The notes beneath the pieces are model-generated. The model was not told where the DNA came from. It saw only the letters and a list, made by a program, of their open reading frames with translations, and did not search any database. Positions 26,201 to 38,542 of a stretch of DNA of 64,000 bases are shown here, piece by piece. The position numbers were made by a program, and so were the translations under genes. Within the stretch, counting starts at the first letter, position 1, and each line of letters starts with the position of its first letter. This DNA comes from Azolla caroliniana. Its lineage: Eukaryota > Plantae > Polypodiophyta. The stretch spans positions 14,508,001 through 14,572,000 of the forward strand of contig JBHGNT010000003.1 in the NCBI GenBank assembly GCA_043228905.1, written 5' to 3'.

Positions 26201-29200
26201 AAGCGACAACATCCTTTTTGCGTATTTTGCAAAAAGAAGGGTCATACAAAAGAGCAATGTCGAAAGCTCCAACGGAAAGGGCACGACAACAAAGCTAAAG
26301 TTGCAGACCATAAAGGTCAGATTCCTAACGTCCTTCAGGTCTATACACATCATTTAAGTAATTGTCAATGTTCTTTCCCTCACTATGTATTGGGTCCCAA
26401 TGATTTACTACGTGCAAACGAGTATATCAATGGATCTCCCGTACAATTTTTGTTTGATTTGGGAAGCTCACACAACTTTGTGAATGATTGTTTGGTTCAG
26501 ATATGGGGAATCCAACCCACTGTAAGTGATGACACCTATACGGTGCTCTTGGTTGATGGAAGAGAACAATACATCAACATGATGATTCATTCATTAGGGA
26601 TTTCTATTGACACTTATATAGAGGAAGTAGATTTCCATGTAATGAATCTTTGTACCACTGATGTAATACTAGGTTATCCCTGGTTCTATAATAAAAGCTC
26701 TTCTTTATCTATCGATTGGGTTCTTCATTCAATTACATTTGTACTCAACGATTGTACTCCTTTTATTCAATGTGTTAAAAAACAATCTCTTTCGATTGTT
26801 TCCTCTCCATCAATATCCGAGTTGTCTTGTTCTACTCTATTTTATTGTGTACTTGATCTAGACATTCACGTTTACAATATCGATAATGTCTCCGTTCAAT
26901 TAACATATTTTGAACAACAACAACTTGATGAAATCTTAAATGATTTTCGTGATGTTTTTCCAAGTGAACTACCAGATGGGCTACCTCCTAAACGTAATAT
27001 AGACCATCGTATAGATATTGTACCTAGCGTTGCACCAATCAATATACCTCCTTATCGCTTAAGTCGATCCGAAGAGGATGACGTATCTAAGCAACTCAAG
27101 GACTATTTACGAATGGGTTATATACGTTATAGTAAATCTCCATGGGGTGCACCAGTTCTCTTGGTTAAAAAGAAAGAGGGCACATGGCGTATATGTATTA
27201 ATTACCGACGCTTGAATAAAGTGACGATCAAGAATTCGTATCCATTGCCCCGGGCTGACGATCTAATTGACCGTCTCTAGGGAGCTCGGTATTTTACGAA
27301 ACTTGATCTCCGTACTGGCTACCATCAAATTCGTATAGGTGAGGACGATGTTCCTAAAACGGCATTTTGTACGCACTATGGCCATTATGAGTTTTTGGTT
27401 ATGCCTTTTGGTTTGACCAATGCTCTGGCTACATTTCAACAAGAAATGAATGACATTTTCCGAGAACAACTTGGAAATTTTGTCGTTATTTTCTTGGATG
27501 ATATTTTAGTTTATAGCCGTACATTACAAGAACATGCTAAACATGTCCGCTTTGTTTTACAAACATTGCGTGACAAACAATTTTATGCGAAGATCTCAAA
27601 ATGTGAGTTCTTCAAGAAATCAATTACTTATCTTGGACATCTCACAACCGAACGAGGAGTTGAAATTGATCCTTCTCGCATCAAGAAAATCAAGATTTGG
27701 CTCACTCTTCGGAACATTCGAGAAGTTCGATCATTCCTTGGTTTTGTCGAGTTTTTGCGAAAATCCTTTCATAATTACTCCCAATTGACGAAGCCGTTTA
27801 CTGATCTTCTAAAAGGTCAAACGCGTAAGTCTACAAAACCTATTGTCTAGAATGCTACACTAGACCTCGCCTTTAGGGAACTCAAGGCCTTGGTGTGCAA
27901 GGCTCCTTTACTTCTTTTGCCTGATCCTTCAAAACCTTTTGAGGTTGAAACCGATGCAAGCGATTATGCTATATCAAATGGTAAACCAATAGCATTCGAG
28001 AGTAAGAAACTTGATTTTGCTCAATGTCGGTATACTGTTCAAGAAAAGGAATTATTTGCAATTATACATGCGCTCAAAACATGGCGCCATTATCTTTATG
28101 GAAATCGCTTTGTGGTAACTACGGACCACGAGTCCTTGAAATATTTTTGTGACCAACAAGACCTGAAAGGTCGTAAAGCATGATGGGCTGATCTCATCCA
28201 GGACTTTGATTTTTCCATACGATATCGTAAACGTTCCATGAACACTGTCGCTGATGCACTAAGTCGCATCCGTGAAGTTAACATGCTTAGCTTCACTGAA
28301 ATAACATCAGATCTTTATGATCACCTTCGAGGAAAGTATCCTGATGACAGTTATTTTGCGAAATATTGGGCAAGAGTTGAGTCTAGAACAGACACCACCA
28401 CATCCTCGAAGGAATACTTCCACATTGCTAACAGTTTGCTCTGCCGTAATGGGAAGGTTTGTGTTCCAGATTTACCCAAGCTCAAAAAGAGGATTCTTTT
28501 TGAATGCCATGATGCACCTTCAACAGGGCACCCTGGAATACATCGTACACTCGTTCTCATCTCCACTCAATTTTATTGGCCTAAGATGCGCCCTGACATA
28601 CATAGTTATGTGACTAAATGTCACCAATGTCAGGTTAACAAAGCCGAGCGACTTAAAGCCGCAGGACTTTTACATCCCTTGGACATTCCCAATAATAAGT
28701 GGGAAAGTATATCCATGGATTTTATTGTTAGCCTTCCTCGCACCCAAAAAGGCCATGATGCCATCTCGGTTGTGGTTGCTAGACTAACTAAAATGGCTAG
28801 ATTTATTGCTACTAAAACCACGGTAACAGCTCCTGAATTGGCTTACCAATTCGTTGATGAGTTATTTCGTTTTTATGGGTTACCGATGGATATCGTGAGT
28901 GATCGAGATCCAAAGTTTACTAGTGACTTTTGGACGCAAGTCTTCAAGAAGTTAGAAACTACATTGAGCATGAGCTCCATGAAGCATCCTCAATCCGATG
29001 GACAGACAGAACGAGTAAATCAAATTATTGAGGACATGCTTCGAGCATACGTTGGTGCAAAACCAACAAAATGGGAATGTTATCTCCCAATTTTGGAGTT
29101 TTCTTATAACAGCTCCAAGCATACGTCGACGAGATATAGTCCTTTTATGTTGATGTATGGTTTTCAGCCATGAGCCCCGATTGATGTTAATGTACATCAT

Positions 29201-29496
29201 GATGAGTTGCGAAGTACGCAAAACTTTCTTCGGGATATGCAAGATATGTTGCATACTGCACCAGATAATATAAAAACAGCTCAAGATAGAGTGCGTTTTT
29301 ATGCCGACCATCATAGGAAACCGCGTGTATTCAACCTTGGATAGAAGGTATTTTTACGTGTACCTCAGAATTCTAAGAAATTGTCTAAGTGTAAATGCGC
29401 TAAGTTAGCCCCAAGGTTTTGTGGACCTTTTATAGTCCTCAAACGTATTGGGTCATCAACCTATCGTCTCGCTCTTCCCGATGGTGTTGAAATTCA
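23300..29496 (+). mobile_element. Chromovirus family A (Tekay-like Ty3/gypsy), 3'-truncated, nested in the copia RNase H
   Basis: 5' LTR 23300-23753; Met PBS TGGTATCAGAGC at 23756-23767; ~1.6-kb leader; gag ATG 25389; [12 protein letters not shown]; integrase breaks off at ~29496. Confidence 0.93.
25389..29496 (+). pseudogene. Family A gag-pol, disrupted
   Basis: CVFCKKKGH knuckle, [11 protein letters not shown] protease, RT/RNase H/integrase motifs, multiple stop codons. Confidence 0.9.
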
Positions 29497-30229
29497 CAAT
29501 ACGGTTTCGCCTCCGACATGTTGAATCGTTGAAGCACCTTTGTCACATACTTCTCCTGTGATAGCCACAACAACTTCTTCGACCGGTCCCGGATGATGTG
29601 CATTCCCAATATCTATCTTGCCGGCCCCAAGTCTTTCATTGAGAAGGTCTGGTTCAAAGCCTTCTTCAGCGTCCGAATCTTGCCTTGATCTCATCCGACG
29701 ATCAACATATCATCCACATACAGGAGTATCAAGAAATCTTCTCCATCAAATTTCTTCACAAACACGCAGTGATCGGCCTGCGTCTTGTGGTACCCTTGGT
29801 CGGTCATGAAGGAGTCGAATTTCCAGTACCATTGTTGGGGAGCTTGCTTCAGTCTGTATAAGCTCTTCTTCAGCCGGCACACCTTGTACACCCACTTGTT
29901 CCAGAGTGCCCTCTTTCCTTTCAGCAACTCCACCAATTCGTATGTGTGGTTCTCATGCAGGGAATCCGTCTCATCATGCATGGCACTCAACCACTTGTGG
30001 CTGTGGGTGTCTCCCCTTGCTTCTTCAAAGCTTTCCGGCTCCCCCTCATTGGTTAGCAACACATGCTCTGCATCTGGAAATCTCCGGGGGGCTCTTCTCT
30101 CCCGGAGAGGATATCTCCGTCCTTGGTTTCTGACTGCCGGTTCCTTCGTCTGTTCCTCATCCGAATCTAATTCGGGATCTTGTCCGGTTCTGGTGTCTTC
30201 TTCTTCTCTTCTTCGGTCGGTTCGGTTTC

Positions 30230-30681
30230 TGTTGTATGTTTTAGGGCTAGGGTTAAGGACGATGATAATCATGATAAAGATATACATGGTGGTTATGATG
30301 ATGATGGAGAGTATGGGATTGATGGCGAGAGAGATCATGTGCATTGAGAAGCATTGCGGGGTGGGGGGTGGTGCCTAGAATGGCTCCACCCCCCTCCCAA
30401 GGGGGTTCAACGTTAAGGGGAGGGAAGAGAGAGAGAGAGAGATGAAAAGAGAGATTGATAGAGAGAAATGATTCCTTTTTCATTCATTCCCCATAAGGGG
30501 GTTAAAAAGTACAAGAGGGGGTAGATACAAAGGGGTGTAAGCCCCCTAGAGCATTCATACTGGACACTCACTCATACCTCCTCGTATCCATCCACATCCA
30601 CACACATGTGCATGTGTTCACATACGTATCGACTCACAATTACATTTATGCCCCCTACACATACACAACATTATGATAACA
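30230..30681. mobile_element. ~450-bp non-coding insert, probably a solo LTR, in the copia integrase-RT spacer
   Basis: Interrupts copia coding sequence and has TGTT...AACA termini. No clean TSD was identified, so the ends are uncertain (alternative end 30670). Confidence 0.5.
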
Positions 30682-32329
30682 TTCGACCCTCGCTCATCAC
30701 ACTTGACTCTCCGTACATCTCGTACGAGGTAACAATTTCTTGTCTGAATCCGGCTGGTTCGTCGAGTGTCATCCGGTTACCGGCTAACATCCGACTTTCA
30801 ATTGGGTAGGTCCTTGTGTCCTCAGGCCAGTTTTCATTGGATGATCCGGAGTTGTTCATCTTCTTCTCCGACTCTTAGTCGGCAATGGTCCTGTCTTCCA
30901 TGAAGACTATGTCCCGACTCCGGAACACCTTCTTGTCGACCAGATCCCACACCCGGTAACCGAACTCATCGTCACCGTATCCAAGGAATATGCATGTCCG
31001 GGACTTCGGGTCCAGCTTTTCTTTCTTGTCCTTTGCCACATGCACGTATGCGAGACACTCGAACACCTTCAGATGCCGGTAAGATACATCTTTGCCGGTC
31101 CATACCTTCTGAGGTGAGTCTCCTCCCAAGGGTACTAAGGGTGATCTGTTTATCACATAGGTCGCCGTCATCAACGCCTCAACCCAGAACATCTTGGGTA
31201 ACTTGGCATGTGCGAGCATGCTCCAGACTCTCTCCATTATAGACCGGTTCATCCTTTCGGCCAACCGTTTAGTTCCGGCGTCTTCGGCACAGTAAACTCA
31301 AGCCGGATTCCCTTTGACCGGCAGTACTCCTCGAACTGCCCCCGGTATTCTCCTCCGTTATTTGCTCGAACAGCCATCAACTTCCGGTCGGTTTCTCTTT
31401 CCACTCTCGCGTGGAGCTCCTTGAAGAGGGATAACACTTGGTCCTTCGTCTTCAACGGTGAGACCCACAACTTCAGGCTGTGGACGTCTCTGAATGTCAC
31501 GAAGTACTGCGATCCAGCATGTGACTTCGTGTCAACTTGACACACATCGGTATGCACCAACTCTAGTGGTGCATTCCGTCTGATCGGTGGTCTTGACCGG
31601 AAGGAGGTTCGGTTTTGCTTGCCGGCTAAGCAATTGGTGCACTTCTCAAGATGCACATTGTCGTGAAAATCCGTCACTATGTGCGGATCACGAGGCGGAA
31701 CTGCTGGGGTTCTGGACTAGAAGGATTTAGTGCAACACGTACAACACAAGCAAAATTCACATAAAAGATAAGTAGATGAGAGGAAAGACTCGTTTATTGC
31801 AAAAGAAATCGATTCTTTATAAACTTAGAATCATGTTACAATGGATTGGATATGAAAATAAAAGATCATTCTTAAAAAAGAAAGGAGCCAATGACCATGT
31901 AAGGAGTGGTCCGATATGAATAAGAGAGATTATTCTTGAAAGGAAGGAGCCAACAACCATGTAAGGAGTGGTCCGATCTGAAATTGAGAGATAATTTTTG
32001 ACAAGAAAGATTGAGCAAGCCAAGCCAAGAGTTTGATATCAATCTGAGAGATAATTTGTTCCCCAAGGACATGGGAGAGAGAAGAAGAAGAAAGAAGAGG
32101 CAAAAAAAAGTAGAGGGAAAAAAATGGAACATATATTCAGCTCTTTGTTGATCCTCCTCCCCAATGTTACTTTGCATGTCCACTTTTAGTTGCATGGCCT
32201 CTATTTTTAGTTGCATGCCTTTTACTTTTAGTTGCATGGCCTTGGCTTTTAGTTGCATGCGACCATCCGTATAATTTGGCCAAATGACCCAATCATCCAT
32301 AAAGTTTAGCCCGTGCGCAATCCGTACGT

Positions 32330-32860
32330 GCGTCGCAACCAAACCGTAAACGCGTCCGCGCGCAAAAGTCCCGAGCGCGTAGTGTACGCATCCACGCATG
32401 CGCACGTCCCGACTGTGCCGTGTACGCATCCGCGCCCTCGTCCACACACACACGTCTGTCCGAAACATCCACGTGGCCATGCACGCGTACGCCGGAAACT
32501 TGCACACGCGCGTACATCTGGAAACGTCCACGGGGCCGTGCACACACACGTACGCCCAAAGCATATCCGCGCGCTCGTTCACACACACGTGTCTATCCGA
32601 AATGTCCACGTGGCCATGCACGCGTACATCTGGAAGGGTTTAGGGTTTCCCGAAACTTGCACACGCGCGTACATCTGGAAACGTCCACGCGGCCGTGCAC
32701 ACACACGTACGCCCAAAGCATATCCGCGCGCTCGTTCACACACACGCGTCTGTCCGAAATGTCCACGTGGCCATGCACGCGTACGCCCGAAACTTGCACA
32801 CGCGTGTACATCTGGAAACGTCCACGCGGCCGTGCACACACACGTACGCCCAAAGTGTTA
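32330..32860. repeat. GC-rich ~137-bp tandem array in the D 3' LTR (a differently organised array lies at ~35760-36140 in the 5' LTR)
   Basis: AAACTTGCACACGCG recurs at 32496, 32653 and 32790. Rich in ACGT and CACGTG. Confidence 0.85.
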
Positions 32861-34385
32861 AACACAAGCATGCATACACGCATACGCCCTAAGCATGCAC
32901 ACCACACAGTGTAACCTAAGTCACCTTGAACATTTTGTGCTCCACACATTGATAGAATGAATATGTTTTGGTTTCCGTTATATATCCTGGGTTCCAATGT
33001 TGTCCTATCTATGTGGGATATCTAACAATTTTGTCTTTTCTTTCTTCTTCTTCAAACTTCACACTCACATAACTTGATACTTGTTTATCCGTTTTATGCG
33101 TAGTAAAATACGCTATGAAGCTCTTGAAGACATCTGTCTTTCCATATGAATACATTAAGCTAATCTTAAATAATTTTTTTACTAGTTTTCATATCATGTG
33201 TGAAAAACCACACGACATTCACCCCCACCAAACTTGCACATCCACCGATATGTGCCAATTGTGGTGAGGCTCCTCTTTTTATTACTTTACTTCATCGATG
33301 TTTCTTCTTCATACCCGAACTGTCATTACCATCCGATCCACCATATTCTTTGCTCACTCTTTGCATTTCCTTGGCTGGTTGTCATGGCTGCCTTTTCTCC
33401 TGTAGAGCATAACGTTGTATGCTTTGTGCATGTGCCACCTTCATCTCGACCATCTCCTTGGTCATCTAACTTTCTTTTATCATCCTCTCTTGTTTCATGC
33501 ATGCCTTTCAAAGGACTTATCGAAATACTACTGTTGAGTACTCTTAGTGGTTCATTCTTCAACTGCATGCTCATCTCGAGGTCCTTAAGTGAACACATCT
33601 CATGCTTCTCACTTTTTCTACTTTCGTGGTATACTTTGGAGTTGACCATGCCTTGTTGCACGCACTAGCTTCAACCCTTGCTTCCTTGTCGCCACCGTCC
33701 TTCTCTTGGGTCTTACATCGGTTAATGCCCAAGTCTCTCAAACGAGTGTGGTGGGATTTATACAATTTTGTAGTTTGCCTTTGCCTTTGCCGTGCTACAC
33801 TTCGCCACTTCCACCTTATGGTTGTTCGCATTGGCTTTGATCTTTGCTTCTTCACCACCACCTTCCGTCTCTTGGGTCTTACATCGGTTAATGCCCAAGT
33901 CTCAAGAAATTTAGTGGGGAAAGTCTCTTCATCGTCGTCATCTACCCTCTTCATCTTGATGTCTCCCTCTTCTTCGCATGTGTTAGCTTCGACCTTCACT
34001 TCCTCGCCACCACCTTCCGTCTCTTGGGTCTCACGTTTGCTTTCCGATGCATTTGCCCAAGTCGTTGGAACAAGTGTGGAAAAAGTCTTGACACGGCCAT
34101 CCGCCATTGACTCGTCCATAGCCACCTCTGACTCGATGTCATTTTTCATGGCTATCTCCTCAATCATGTTGGCCTCACACTTTTTATCTCCCTTGATCAT
34201 GCAAGCTTTGGCATGCTTGCATCTTCATCACTTGATGTTTCAGACACGATGCGTGTTCTGAAACATTTTTCCTTGCTTGAAGTGGCATTTGCCACCCTCG
34301 ATTCGTTGGTTTCATTCTTCGTCATTGTTTCTTTGCAAGACGAGAAGGCGTCTTGTTCCACACCTTCTCCCGTGGTGTTGTCATA

Positions 34386-35111
34386 CTAAACTTGGGCCTT
34401 CGTATTGGTCGTATCATTACTCCATCTTTGTTGGGAGATCTCTTCTTCCTTGATAACCATTGTAATCGGTTTTGGTTCCATAACAAGATTCTCTTTGGCC
34501 TCGATTTGCACCTTTAAATTCTCATATGCCTCGTTTATGAAGGCCTCTATGTCGAGTACTATCGAACCTTCCCTCTTCAAGCTTTCCTCTTTAGATGGTA
34601 GTTTGAAGTTGCTTCCTGTCCTCCTTTCACCATCCCGCATGGGTTGTGTTGTTGTCGATGAGAATCTTGTCTTCCTCTTATCGTGTAGTTGACATACTGT
34701 TTCCAATTTTGTCCAATCCTCTGTGAGGCCATTTGCACCATCATCATCCTCAAGTCGGATTCCAATGGCCTTCCTTTCCTTTCGATCGATTGACTTCACA
34801 AACATTAGAACTTTATCCACCCCCACCAAATTTTGATCCTTTTCCGAGAGTTGTGCAAAGCGACACTCGAACTCAATGAAAGCATGCACGACACTTTGGT
34901 GGGTCTTTAATGATGATACCCATTGGTCGAACTCGTATAGGCTACATCTCTTTGGGTCTTTGTATCTAGCTTCATTGATGAAGGCCTGTCGATCTCTCAC
35001 CTTGAGCATGATTTCTATGATGGACACGATGCCTTTCATCAATTTTTCTCCTTGAGTTCCGCTTATTGAAGCCATCTTCGCACTTGATATCCTCCCTACC
35101 GCCTCTTTCAT
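34386..35111 (-). pseudogene. Gag-like protein of element D
   Basis: FDQWV...AF.EFE..FAQL...LVGVDKVLMFV..IDR.ER.AIGI.LEDDDGANGLTEDW, homologous to element E gag. Confidence 0.75.
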
Positions 35112-37380
35112 GTTGGGATCACCACTTAATTATGTCGTGAAAATCCGTCACTATGTGCGGATCGCGAGGCGGAACCGCCAGGGTTCTGGACTAGAAGGAT
35201 TTAGTGCAACACGTACAACACAAGCAAAATTCACATAAAAGATAAGTAGATGAGAGGAAATACTCGTTTATTGCAAAAGAAATCGATTCTTTATAAACTT
35301 AGAATCATGTTACAATGGATTGGATATGAAAATAAAAGATCATTCTTAAAAAAGAAAGGAGCCAACGGCCATGTAAGGAGTGGTCTGATATCAATATGAG
35401 AGAGATTATTCTTGAAATGAAGGAGCCAACAACCATGTAAGGAGTGGTCTGATATCAATATGAGAGAGATTTCTTCCCCAAAGAATGGGAGAGAGAAGAA
35501 GAAAGGAAAGAAAAGAAGAAGAAGTAGTGAGCCAAAAAATGGAACATAGATCGACCTCTTTGTTGATGCTCCTTCCCAATGTTACTTTGCATGTCCACTT
35601 TTAGTTGCATGGCCTCTACTTTTAGTTCCATGCTTCCATTTTTAGTTGCATGCCTTTTACTTTTAGTTGCATGGCCTTGGCTTTTAGTTGCATGCGACTG
35701 TCTGTATAATTCAGCCACATGACCCAATCATCCATAAAGTTTAGCCCGTGAGCAATCTGTATGTGCGTCGCAACCAAACCGTAGACGTGTCTGCACGCAA
35801 AAGTCCCGACCGCGTTGTGTACGCATCTGCGTGCTCGTCCGCACACACATGTTCGTTTGAAATGTCCATGTGCCCGTGCACGCGTCCGCGCGCAAAAGTC
35901 CCGACTGCGCCGCAGTGTACGCATCCGCGCGCTCGTCCGCACATGCGTTCGTTTGAAACGTCCACGCGGCCGTGCACGTGTTCGCGCGCAAAAGTCCCGA
36001 CCGCGCCGCAATGTACGCATCCGCGCGTTCGTCCGTCCGAAACGTCCACATGGTCGTGCACGCGTACGCCCAAAACTTGTACACGTGCGTACATTCGAAG
36101 ACGTCCACGTGGCCGTGCACACGCGCGTACGCCCGAAGTGTTAACACGACCGCGCATACGTGCATACGCCCAAAGCGTGCACACCACACAGTGTAGCCCA
36201 AGTCGCCTTGAACATTCTGTGCTCCACACATTGATAGAATGAATATATTTTTTGGTTTCGTTATATATCCTGGGTTCCAATGTTGTCCTATTTATGTGGG
36301 ATATCTCACAGTTTTGTCTTTTCTTTCTTCTTCTTCAAACTTCACACTCACATAACTTGATACTTGTTTATCCGTTTCATGCGTAGTAAAATACGCTATG
36401 AAACTCTTGAAGACATCTATCTATATGAATACATTAAGCTAATCTTAAATAATTTTTTTACTAGTTTTCATATCGTGTGTGAAAAATCACACGACAACGT
36501 CCTTCACCGAAATGAGATTGTCATCAACAAGTCTTTTCATCCCCTTCTCACTCATGTGACACAATCTTTTGTGCCACAGCTCACTGACAGTGTAATGAGC
36601 ATCAGTTCCTCTTCACTTGTCGCGATTGCCGACGTTCCTTTTTTATCCGGGCCTCTCCGGTCCGAACCGTTTCGGTCCGAACTCTTCTTCGAATCGGTGG
36701 TACCGGTTTCCTTCTCTTTCCGAAAATGCCGACAATTCTTCTGGAAGTGCCCCGGCTTCCCACAATAGAAGCAAGTAGGCCCCCCCCCTTGACTTCAACC
36801 TCATCCCCGATCTGTCCCGGTTTTGGGGACTCCGATACCAGCCTCTTCCCCGGTTATGGTCATCTTCTTTGGCCAAGGCCTTCGAATCGGTTCCGGACTC
36901 CTGGTCCTTCCGGCAAGCTTCTTCATCTAGCAAGCTTGATTTTACCCTTGCTAGGGACAACTATTTTCCTTCTAGGTTGTCAAGATTCGAACTCTTGACA
37001 CGACCATGTTATAATCTACTATTACGAGTTAACCAAGATATCTAGTACTAGTTATGTATGTAATTGTTCCTTATTATTTTGCTAGCATCATGTGCATAGT
37101 TGCTCCCTTGTAGTATTTACACTTGGCACATGCATGCATACCTACATGCTCTATTGTAGATTCACATGCGTGCAACAAGTATGCATGCCATGTAGTATAA
37201 ATAGAGGAGTTCACCTTGAAGGAATTCAAGGTGAACAACACCAGTTATGGAGTCTTTCCTTTAGTACTATCTTCTTTCTTGTCCATTTGGTTATCTTCTT
37301 CGTTGTCTCTTGAGTTTATGATCCGTGATAGTTTGTTCACCTTCCCATCCTCATAGCTCTCCCTCTCATAAGCCATAGCT

Positions 37381-38397
37381 ATGTCCGACTCAACTAGTGA
37401 GTTAGGCCAAATAATGGTAGCCTTACGACAACTACAGCTTGAAAATGAAGCTCTTCGAAATTCTTTACAAGAACTTCAAGTCGGTACCTCCCTATCCTCA
37501 CAACCCCCGAACCCTAGTCTCCCACAACAACCTAGCCTAGAGCCCGATCTTCTACCAACATCTAGCCTAGCTTCGTCACAGTTTCTTGAGCCTAAGGTTA
37601 GCCTCCCAGAAAAATTTGATGGAACGAGGTCGCGTTTCCGAGGGTTCATCAACCAAGTTCGACTTATCATTCGGCTACAACCTCAACGTTATGGAGATGG
37701 TCTTCGACAAGTCGGCCTTGTGGGCACCCTTCTCTCCGGTCCGGCCCAAGCTTGGTTTGCACCATTGGTAGAAACCTCGTCACCTTTATTGGAGGACTTT
37801 CCCACCTTCCTCGCCGAGTTAGAGGCCACATTTGGAGAGACGGACCGACAACGTACAACTCTTAACAAGATTTATGCACTCGAACAAGGTTCACGTGCAG
37901 CTTCGGTCTATGCTTCCGAATTTCGACAACTAGCATGCGACGTCAATTGGGATGATCAAGCTTTAGTTGATCACTTTCGGCGCGGTCTTCGAAGCAATGT
38001 CAAGAATCTTCTCTTAAACTTTCCGGAGCCCACCTCGTTATCCCAAGCGATTTCACAAGCAGTCCATTGTGACAATCGTCTTTTCGAATTTCGCCAAGAA
38101 GAGCGCCGGACTTGGTTCCCACCTCATTCACTTCCACGCCACGCCCCGGTCATACAACCCCAAGCATCCTCACACTCGCCTACTTCGGCAGATGCTCCTG
38201 TCCCCATGGAAATTGATCAAGCCCGATTTCGACCATTGACTGATGCTGAATGACAATTTCGGCGGGCTAATGGCTTGTGCATGTATTGTGGCGCCTCCGG
38301 TCATGTCGTTCGCCATTGTCCTAGGAGTACTCGCCCACAATTCCATAGAGCTAACGGACCCCAACATCCGGAAAACGACATCGTTCGGTTGCAGTAG
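37381..38397 (+). pseudogene. Gag of element F, with one premature TGA at 38251
   Basis: PEKFDGTRSRFRGF retrotransposon gag domain. The CMYCGASGH knuckle follows the stop. Slippery G-GAA-AAC at 38370-38376. Confidence 0.9.
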
Positions 38398-38542
38398 GAG
38401 CCATGCAACTGGACATCTCCCGTCGCCCACATTCTCTTGGTTCCATTGCCGGACCATCAGGCAATTTCACATTGGAGGTATGGCTTTCCTTTAACTCTAG
38501 TTCCATTCAGTCTGTTGCTTTACTTGATTCTGGGGCATCTTC

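Larger units (their letters stand above)
31659..36496 (-). mobile_element. Non-autonomous gag-only LTR element D (tRNA-Trp-type PBS, long repeat-containing LTRs)
   Basis: LTRs at 31659-33217 (3') and 35133-36496 (5'), TGTCGTG...CACGACA. PBS on the minus strand TGGTGATCCCAACATGAA at ~35107-35124; G-tract PPT at ~33218-33233; TSD ACAT/ACGT. Gag-like ORF 34386-35111; no pol. Confidence 0.9.

Noticed and set aside
31872-32997. Overlapping R/C/H/V-rich ORFs in many frames (also 35622-36280)
   Set aside because: A by-product of the stop-poor GC-rich tandem array inside LTRs.
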